A DNA stretch of 64,000 bases, taken from positions 1-64,000 of the forward strand of contig JBHOSQ010000002.1 of the NCBI GenBank assembly GCA_042584585.1, in the 5' to 3' direction. Source of the stretch: an archaeon. GTDB lineage: Archaea; B1Sed10-29; WALL01. Each line of letters opens with the position of its first letter. Position 1 is the stretch's first letter. Of this stretch, positions 57,563 to 64,000 are shown piece by piece. The notes beneath the pieces are model-generated. The model saw only the letters and a list, made by a program, of their open reading frames with translations, was not told the origin of the DNA and did not search any database. A program made the position numbers and the translations under genes.

Positions 57563-59212
57563 ATGAGGTTAGTAGTTGACGAGTGCAGCCACTGCAACGC
57601 ATGCGTAGAGACATGCCCGCACAAGGCAAACTTTGAGTGCAGGCAATGCCTTGAGCCGGAATGCGTGAAGGCCTGCCCGCACGGGGCTTTTTACGAGGCA
57701 GCCACCGGCGTGTGGGGCATTGACGAAGAAAAGTGTGATGGGTGCGGGCTCTGTGCCATGACGTGCCCGTACAACGCAATTTATGTGGACGGGTACGCCC
57801 GGAAATGCGACTTGTGCGGCGGGGACCCGAAGTGCGCGAAGGTGTGTGTGAAAGGATTGCGGCTCGATGCCACGGAAGAAGAAAATGAAGAGACGCGGAG
57901 GATACTCGGCTGGGAAAAAATGGGTGGGGAGTATGACACTGGAGTCTATTTCCCAAGCTGCCAGGAAGCGCGATTGGTTGAGGGGGTGGTCAAGGCATTC
58001 CGCGAGGCAGCCAAGCAGGAGGATACAGACGTAGAAGAAGTATTCGAGGAATACTGTGAGGCGCAGGGGCTGGTTTTGGACGAAGGGCAGCACGAGGACT
58101 TGCTGCGGCTCATGAAGTACGAGGTGCACGGCTTTTCTGTGCTCGAGCCACTGCTGGCGGACGAGTCGCTCGAGGAGATTACTGTGAATGGGATAGGGGA
58201 GCCGATAAGAGTATACCGCCGCGGCGTCGGTTGGCTCGAAGCAGACGTCGCTTTCCTCGACGCGAAAAAAGTCGTTGGCGTTATCAACCGGATTGCGCGG
58301 TCGCTGGGGAGGAGGATTACTCTGCAGAAGCCGAGGATAAACGCGTGCCTGCCGAACGGGTCGCGACTGCACGCCGCGATTCCGCCGGTGACGAAGCAGC
58401 CCTGCCTGACGATAAGGAAGTTCACCGAAAAGCCACTGTCGCCGAGGCAGTTGATTGACAACGAGACAATCAGCGCGGAAGCCATGGCGTTTTTGTGGAT
58501 GGCCATGCAGTGCGACCTGAATATCTTGGTGGCCGGGTCGACCGGGTCGGGCAAGACGACGACGCTGAATTGCCTGAGCGCGTTTATCCCGCTGACCGAG
58601 CGCGTGATCATCGTGGAAGAGACACCGGAAATAAGCATCCCCCACGAGCACAGCGTGCGGCTTACCGTGAACCACGAGCTAGGGATAAAAATGGGTGATT
58701 TGGTGAGGGACACGCTGAGGATGAGGCCGGACAGGATTGTTGTGGGCGAGGTGCGGAGTGCTGGCGAGGCAAAGGCATTGATGGACACCATGCTCGCCGG
58801 GCAGGGAAAGGGAAGCGTGGCGACTTTTCATGCGCTGAGCACCCGGGAGGCAATCAACCGCCTGAAGGCGCTGGGAATAAGCGACCATGACCTGCCCACC
58901 ATTGACTTGATTGTCGTGCAGAAGCGGTGGGACCGGTACGACCCGGAGGAAAAGCGGACGGAAGAATTGCGGAGGGTCATGGAAATAAGCGAAGTGACGG
59001 CCAACGGGGCAAAGCCCTTGTTCGACTACGACACGGCAAAGGGAAAGCTAGTAAGGGTTGGGAGTGGCCAGGTGGGGAAAAAGATTATGAAGGCGTTTTC
59101 GCTGGACGAGCTGGACGGGGAATGGGCGAAGCGCGAGAAAGCGCTTACGGATTCTTCCGAAGACTTCACAGAGGCGGTGAGGCAGGTAAATGAAACTGTT
59201 TTCGGGGCTTGA
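57563..59212 (+). CDS. Fusion: N-terminal 16-Cys polyferredoxin (predicted 4x[4Fe-4S]) + CpaF/TadA-type secretion ATPase
   Basis: CSHCNACVETCP, CRQCLEPECVKACP, CDGCGLCAMTCP, CDLCGGDPKCAKVC, then LEEITVNG, TIRKF, Walker A GSTGSGKTT, EETPE, RMRPDRIVVGEVR, ATFHA in one frame. Confidence 0.9.
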   Translation: MRLVVDECSHCNACVETCPHKANFECRQCLEPECVKACPHGAFYEAATGVWGIDEEKCDGCGLCAMTCPYNAIYVDGYARKCDLCGGDPKCAKVCVKGLRLDATEEENEETRRILGWEKMGGEYDTGVYFPSCQEARLVEGVVKAFREAAKQEDTDVEEVFEEYCEAQGLVLDEGQHEDLLRLMKYEVHGFSVLEPLLADESLEEITVNGIGEPIRVYRRGVGWLEADVAFLDAKKVVGVINRIARSLGRRITLQKPRINACLPNGSRLHAAIPPVTKQPCLTIRKFTEKPLSPRQLIDNETISAEAMAFLWMAMQCDLNILVAGSTGSGKTTTLNCLSAFIPLTERVIIVEETPEISIPHEHSVRLTVNHELGIKMGDLVRDTLRMRPDRIVVGEVRSAGEAKALMDTMLAGQGKGSVATFHALSTREAINRLKALGISDHDLPTIDLIVVQKRWDRYDPEEKRTEELRRVMEISEVTANGAKPLFDYDTAKGKLVRVGSGQVGKKIMKAFSLDELDGEWAKREKALTDSSEDFTEAVRQVNETVFGA

Positions 59213-59930
59213 GAAAGACCTGCGGCTCGCAGAGATGGGACAGGACAGGGAAAAGTGGCTGAAGTACTGCGCGGCTTCTGCCGGAGCGGGGTTCATGGCA
59301 ATGCTTGCCGCCTGGCCAACAGCCGCGCCGGTCGTGGCGGGGATTGTATTTGCTGCCGTGTACAAAATCCCGTGGTACAGGAAGAAGTCATTGGCTGGAA
59401 AAGCCGAGAAGGAGTTGCCGCTCGTGCTGAGGTCAATGGCCACGCTGGTATCGGTCGGGCTTCCGTTCGAGGAAGCTCTGCGGCAGAGCTGCGGCGACTC
59501 CGTGCTGGCGAGGCACGTGCATATTGCGTTGGGCGAAGTGAAATTGGGGGCGCCGGTGCCACAGGCACTTAACTCGATGGCGGAAAGGATTGACTCGAAG
59601 CAAATGCAGAAGGCGGTGATGCAGCTCAACACGATTTACGCCAAGAAAGGCGGCGTGTCCGCACTGAAAAAAATGAGCGCGGAAATCGCTGCCGCGCAAA
59701 AAGCGGCGTTGCGCGAGTACGCGGGAAAGCTCGCGGTGTACTCGCTCGTCTTCATCGCGTTGTCCGCGGTGCTGCCGGCACTGTTCCAGGCGTACGTTAT
59801 TGTGGGGTCCGCGTTCATGAGCGTGAAGCTGACGCCAAGCGACGCTTTTTGGGTTCCGGTGGTCGCTTTTCCAGTGATTGACTGCGCGATGCTCGCCATC
59901 ATAAAGCTGAGGAGGCCATTCTTCGCATGA
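59190..59930 (+). CDS. TadB/TadC-like type II secretion F-domain protein
   Basis: EKELPLVLRSMATLVSVGLPFEEAL, GAPVPQAL, LREYAGKL; TM helices. Confidence 0.85.
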   Translation: MKLFSGLEKDLRLAEMGQDREKWLKYCAASAGAGFMAMLAAWPTAAPVVAGIVFAAVYKIPWYRKKSLAGKAEKELPLVLRSMATLVSVGLPFEEALRQSCGDSVLARHVHIALGEVKLGAPVPQALNSMAERIDSKQMQKAVMQLNTIYAKKGGVSALKKMSAEIAAAQKAALREYAGKLAVYSLVFIALSAVLPALFQAYVIVGSAFMSVKLTPSDAFWVPVVAFPVIDCAMLAIIKLRRPFFA

Positions 59931-60784
59931 TGGACAGGTTGTTGTTTGGGGTGCAGAAGGCAATGACCGGCCTGGGGTGGGGAGACGCCAGGCAGTGGCT
60001 GGGGCGCGCCATGTGGGCAGGGGCGGCAGTATTGGTGTTGGGAGTTGCATTGCACGAGTGGCTCGTTTGTACGATTTCGCTGCTTCCGCTGGCCGCGATG
60101 TATGCGGTGCCGACGTATTTCTGGGCAAGGAAGCAAAGGCTCATGGAAGAAGAGCTGCCGCAAGCGCTTTACCGCGCCGCCTCCAGCACAATAAGGCCCA
60201 TGGAAGAGTTGGTTGGTGAGCTGGCCGAGGGGGGCACGCCATTGGCCGGGGAATTCGCGAAAGCGAACAGGCAGGTGGCGAACGGCGTCGCGGTCGACGA
60301 CGCACTCGAGGCCATGGTGGAGTGCAACGACTCCCAACTGCTGAAACGCGCGATTGGGCTGGTTTTGCAGGGCTACCGCACGGGCGCGGACATGGGCGAC
60401 TCGCTGCGGGAGACGGCCGAGGAAATCAGCGGCGCCGCAGAAGTGGTGCGGGAGCAGGCCGCGACCACCGCGATAGAGAAGTATACCTTATTGCTTGCTG
60501 GGGGTGTGATTGTGCCACTCGTTCTCGGGGCATTGGTGTCGATGGTGTCGACGCTGAACTTCACGGGCCTCGCCGAAATAGGGTTCGGGCCCGCCGACCC
60601 GAAGGCGATGCTGGCGAGCGCGCTGCTCGGGAGCCAGATTTACATCCTTGAGTACGCGGTGATTGCGTCCGTGTTCGTCGCCTACCAGGAAAACAACATT
60701 GAGAAGGCGTTTGTCTACGCGGCGGTGCTGGTGCCGTTGTCAATGGCATTGTTCTTGGCCGCAAAAGCGGCGATGGTCGTATGA
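59927..60784 (+). CDS. TadC-like type II secretion F-domain protein
   Basis: EEELPQALY, PLAGEF, GVAVDDAL, GYRTGADM, IEKYTLL; TM helices. Confidence 0.85.
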   Translation: MMDRLLFGVQKAMTGLGWGDARQWLGRAMWAGAAVLVLGVALHEWLVCTISLLPLAAMYAVPTYFWARKQRLMEEELPQALYRAASSTIRPMEELVGELAEGGTPLAGEFAKANRQVANGVAVDDALEAMVECNDSQLLKRAIGLVLQGYRTGADMGDSLRETAEEISGAAEVVREQAATTAIEKYTLLLAGGVIVPLVLGALVSMVSTLNFTGLAEIGFGPADPKAMLASALLGSQIYILEYAVIASVFVAYQENNIEKAFVYAAVLVPLSMALFLAAKAAMVV

Positions 60785-61039
60785 GACACCCCCCTACCAC
60801 CTATTGCAATTACTATTCAGAGATAATGGGGATTAACGAATAGCCCGGAAAGGAGGGTATACAGAGGATACACTCGACTGCGTGGGCGGGCAACGTTCTG
60901 GTGCGCTTCAGGGTCAAGGACAGGGGATACTGCCGGCTCAAGGCGCAGCAGATTGGCGCCGTGATTGACGTGCGGCTCGCCACGCTGAGCGCGAAAACAT
61001 TCCGCTAGCTTTTTAAACCGCTAGCGAATAATGGGTTTT

Positions 61040-61792
61040 ATGGCAGAGAAGGAGCAAGTCGTGAAAATAGTCCAGACCCACCCCCAAAAGGTCGAGGGCT
61101 ATACTTTGGTGGAGGGATTCCCAGGCATTGGCCTAATCGGCACGATTGCCGTGGGCTATTTGGCGGAAAAGCAGAAGACCGAGCCCGTCGGCTACATAAT
61201 GTCCCGGCAGTTCCCCCCGATGGCGTCCATCCACAAGGGCGAGCCCCTTTTCCCCGCACGGATTTACGTCGACCACAAGCACAAGCTTGTGCTGTTGTTC
61301 TCCGAATTCGTCGTGCCAGCGAGCACGGTCTATGACATCGCCGACCAAATAATCGCGTGGGCCCAGGAAAACAAAATCAAGCGGATTATTTCACTGGCGG
61401 GAATGACTTCCCGGGAAAAGGCGGGCGAGTCCGAGATTTATGGGATTGCCTCGACCGATGGCATGATAAAAGACCTCGAGAAGCACAAAGTAAAGGTAAT
61501 CACAGAAGGCGTGACGACCGGAGTGTCGGGAATACTCATGGCCAAGTGCAACGCCATCAAGTTCCCCGCGCTTAGCCTCTTGATTGAGACGGAGCACGGC
61601 TACCCAGACCCCGGTGCCGCGGCGGAGCTCTTGGAGCGGCTCGAAAAGTTCCTCGGCTACGACATAAAGACCGCGGACCTGTTGGGCGAGGCCAAGGAAA
61701 TCGAGGGCAAGATGAAGAAAATGCTCACCCAAATCAAGCTCGGGAAGATGAAGTACCAAGAAGCGGAAGAAAAAACGCCTATGTACGGCTAA
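61040..61792 (+). CDS. PAC2-family proteasome assembly chaperone
   Basis: LVEGFPGIGLIGTIA, YPDPGAAA, LLGEAKEIE (alternative start 61031). Confidence 0.9.
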   Translation: MAEKEQVVKIVQTHPQKVEGYTLVEGFPGIGLIGTIAVGYLAEKQKTEPVGYIMSRQFPPMASIHKGEPLFPARIYVDHKHKLVLLFSEFVVPASTVYDIADQIIAWAQENKIKRIISLAGMTSREKAGESEIYGIASTDGMIKDLEKHKVKVITEGVTTGVSGILMAKCNAIKFPALSLLIETEHGYPDPGAAAELLERLEKFLGYDIKTADLLGEAKEIEGKMKKMLTQIKLGKMKYQEAEEKTPMYG

Positions 61793-61830
61793 GGCTTCTG
61801 CAAACCGATTTGGGAATCCACACTGAACTA

Positions 61831-61854
61831 GGGGGATGCCAATTGGCATCCCCC
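61831..61854. repeat. 24-bp perfect palindrome (copy 2 of dispersed element)
   Basis: GGGGGATGCCAATTGGCATCCCCC preceded by AACTA, followed by CTAG. Confidence 0.8.
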
Positions 61855-61897
61855 CTAGGCCGGCGGCAATTGTCACTCCCTGCGTTCTCAGCCCCCC

Positions 61898-61916
61898 AGT
61901 AAGTATTTTATACTTC
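61898..61916 (+). promoter_or_regulatory. Putative BRE/TATA promoter of flavin reductase-like gene
   Basis: AGTAAGTATTTTATACTTC, TATA ~24 nt before GTG 61935 (leaderless spacing). Confidence 0.6.
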
Positions 61917-61934
61917 CGAGGCTTAACTAGGCTC

Positions 61935-62471
61935 GTGAGGCTCCAGGACTACTACCGGCTAATGTCACCCAAGCTAACCGTGCTAGTCACAACCATTGAC
62001 GAAAAAGGCAGGACCGACGTGTCCCCGTTTTCGTTCGTTTCGCCGGTCTCGTTCGAGCCCCCCCTCGTGATGCTTAGCGTGGGGCTGAACAAGCACTCTT
62101 ACTGGGCAATGACCCGCGTCAAAGAGTTCGTGATTAATGTTCCGACCGAAAAAATCCTGGACAAGCTCTGGATTGCCGGCGGAAAATGGGACCCCAACGA
62201 GAGCAAGATAGACAAAGCGAAGCTGAAAACGGAGCCAGCCGAAAAAGTGAGGCCACCCCGGCTCTCGGAGTGCGTTGCGCACATCGAGTGCTACGAAGAG
62301 TTCTCGAAAAAGGCGGGGGACCACATCATGGTCGTCGGAAAAGTCGTCGCCGTGTCCGCGAACGAGGAATACCTCGACGAAAACAACAATCTGAAGGTTG
62401 ATGACGCCCGGCCGCCGCTGCATATAGCAGACAATTTGTTCGCTTTCCCGTATGTAACAAAAAGCTTGTGA
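61935..62471 (+). CDS. Flavin reductase-like (FMN-binding split barrel, flavoredoxin-like) protein
   Basis: LVTTID, SPVSFEPPLV, EFVINVP, VRPPRLSECVAHIEC, GDHIMVVGKV. Confidence 0.88.
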   Translation: MRLQDYYRLMSPKLTVLVTTIDEKGRTDVSPFSFVSPVSFEPPLVMLSVGLNKHSYWAMTRVKEFVINVPTEKILDKLWIAGGKWDPNESKIDKAKLKTEPAEKVRPPRLSECVAHIECYEEFSKKAGDHIMVVGKVVAVSANEEYLDENNNLKVDDARPPLHIADNLFAFPYVTKSL

Positions 62472-62474
62472 AAA

Positions 62475-63398
62475 CTATTTCTTTAGGGCACTCACGAGGA
62501 GCGGCAGCAGTATTGTCGCGTCGCCCTCGACAGTGACGTACTTGGCGTCTTCCTTTACCTTGCCCCACGAGACTGCCTCGCGGACCCTGGCGCCGGAAAG
62601 CGAGCCGTCCCACTCCGCCGCAGTCGTCATGCCAATCGCGTAATCCAAGCCCCCGCGGAACTGGTTCCACCAAATCACGTGGTGCTTGCTGATGCCGCCG
62701 CCAACCATCAAGGCACCGGTGTTCTTCGCATCGAAGACTATTTCGCTAAGTGCCTGCTCGTCCTCGAACAGGTTTACCTTGAAGTCCTTGTGGCTGTCCT
62801 GCCAGTACATCCAAAGCTGTGAGCCCCACGCGCCGTCCATCGGGCCCGGCAGGAAAACCGGGACCTTGTTTTTCCACGCCCAGTACGCAATGGACTCTTC
62901 CGCCTTTTCCTCGTCCTTGATTGCCTCGCCAAAGGCCCAGACCAGGTCGCGCGTGGACCACTCGGATTTCTTTTTGTGCAGCTTCGGGAGGATTTCCTGC
63001 ATTTTCTGCTCCAGAATAACGCCGTATGAATCGTTGGGGACGAAGACGTTCCCAAGCCGGTTAATGCCCTTCTTGTACAGCTCGGCGTCGTCCGCCTGGA
63101 AAGAGCCGTGGTAGTAATCCCTCCACAAGCGCGCGAGGTCATGGTCCATCGTGCCACACGTCGTTATGACGACGTCTGCCATTTTTTCCTTTACCATCTC
63201 CTTGATGATGCCGCGCGTCCCGGTGGCGATAATGCACGCGGGAAACGACAAGAACTTTGTGCAGTCCCCGTCGAGCATGCGCTTGTAAATGTCCGTGGCT
63301 ACCCCCAACTTTTTTGCCGTGAAGCCACCGGAGCCAAGGTACTGGCTCATCAGCTCTTCGACGCTTTCAGTTGCATGAATATCCCTAACAGGTTCCAT
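62475..63398 (-). CDS. dys: Deoxyhypusine synthase
   Basis: GGFTAKKL, VITTCG, INRLGN, VGGGISKHH, WDGSLSGA, EAVSWGK, GDATI. Confidence 0.94.
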   Translation of the reverse strand: MEPVRDIHATESVEELMSQYLGSGGFTAKKLGVATDIYKRMLDGDCTKFLSFPACIIATGTRGIIKEMVKEKMADVVITTCGTMDHDLARLWRDYYHGSFQADDAELYKKGINRLGNVFVPNDSYGVILEQKMQEILPKLHKKKSEWSTRDLVWAFGEAIKDEEKAEESIAYWAWKNKVPVFLPGPMDGAWGSQLWMYWQDSHKDFKVNLFEDEQALSEIVFDAKNTGALMVGGGISKHHVIWWNQFRGGLDYAIGMTTAAEWDGSLSGARVREAVSWGKVKEDAKYVTVEGDATILLPLLVSALKK

Positions 63399-63411
63399 AG
63401 AAAAACACCCC

Positions 63412-63999
63412 TTAAGTCTTGCGGTAAATGAAGTACATTCCCGCGAACAAGAAAAGCAGGTACATGAACAGCTCGGCACCCTCGCCGCGGAGCGGAACCG
63501 CCGGCGGGGTGATGTCCTCGCCCTCGTATTCCCTGACTTCGCTGCGCACGCTGCTCGGCTGCAGCAGCGGCGGGTCAGTGCGGCCGGTGATTGGGTTGAA
63601 GCCGTTGAGCTTGAAGTCGTTGTTCAGCTCGACCGGCTGGCCGTTCACGAATATGTAGTTGTTGTTGTCCGCGTCGTAGCGGATGGCGCCGCCGGTCCCC
63701 TTCAGATAAGTGACGAGCGCTTCCTCGAGCAATATGTTGCCTTTGCCGTCGTTTATCGTCAAAAGCGTCCGGCCAAGCGAGTCTACCTTGGTCTGGATTT
63801 CGCGGAGCAGGTTGGCCTCGACGTGTGGCTGGTCCTTCTCGTACACCAGTATGTCGCCGGTCGCCTCGTCAATCTCGACTTGGTCCGCGTCGTAAATCTC
63901 TTTTTCCCCGTTGTAGAACAACTCGAACTTGGTCTCGTTGTCCTCGTCGGTGAAGAACCTCCAGCCCGCCTTCTCCTCGTCCTGGACCTCTCCGTCTCC
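63412..63999 (-). CDS. C-terminal part of a membrane-anchored surface protein (5'-truncated)
   Basis: Frame open to window end; acidic beta-rich sequence ending PAVP + TM + RKT. Confidence 0.7.
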   Translation of the reverse strand, partial: GDGEVQDEEKAGWRFFTDEDNETKFELFYNGEKEIYDADQVEIDEATGDILVYEKDQPHVEANLLREIQTKVDSLGRTLLTINDGKGNILLEEALVTYLKGTGGAIRYDADNNNYIFVNGQPVELNNDFKLNGFNPITGRTDPPLLQPSSVRSEVREYEGEDITPPAVPLRGEGAELFMYLLFLFAGMYFIYRKT

Positions 64000-64000
64000 G

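Noticed and set aside
60844-60860. CCCGGAAAGGAG resembling SRP RNA helix 8
   Set aside because: Lacks the flanking CAGG and AGCAG motifs and the long GC-rich stems; no RNase P signature either

Overview
Archaeal genomic DNA, about 55-60% GC by eye. Evidence: geranylgeranyl reductase, deoxyhypusine synthase, a PAC2 proteasome chaperone, class III signal-peptide pilins, TATA-box promoters and GGTGA Shine-Dalgarno sites. A DPANN-type lineage is plausible but is inference only. 1-27 kb is mostly metabolic: a sulfate-activation cluster (two AlkP-superfamily enzymes, an RHH regulator, cysD/cysN), pfkB-ahcY, an OTCase, a Cys-rich surface protein, an AbrB/RelE toxin-antitoxin pair, glycan and lipid enzymes, and a complete DapL-type lysine operon headed by carbamate kinase. 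27-57.5 kb is one apparently continuous ~30-kb type IV/Tad pilus operon: five pilin-like genes, an ATPase, two platform proteins, a lipoprotein and two giant anchorless Cys-rich adhesins (3168 and 4101 aa). The adhesins are built from a repeated FN3-like cassette carrying different inserted lectin-type domains. It is followed by a second, pilin-less Tad module whose ATPase is fused to a 16-Cys polyferredoxin (predicted four [4Fe-4S] clusters). This is the strongest candidate for an undescribed system, a possible redox-gated pilus motor, and its putative promoter matches that of a nearby flavin-reductase-like gene at 18/19 nt. No rRNA, tRNA, CRISPR array or transposase was recognised. All family assignments are from motifs read by eye; no searches were run.
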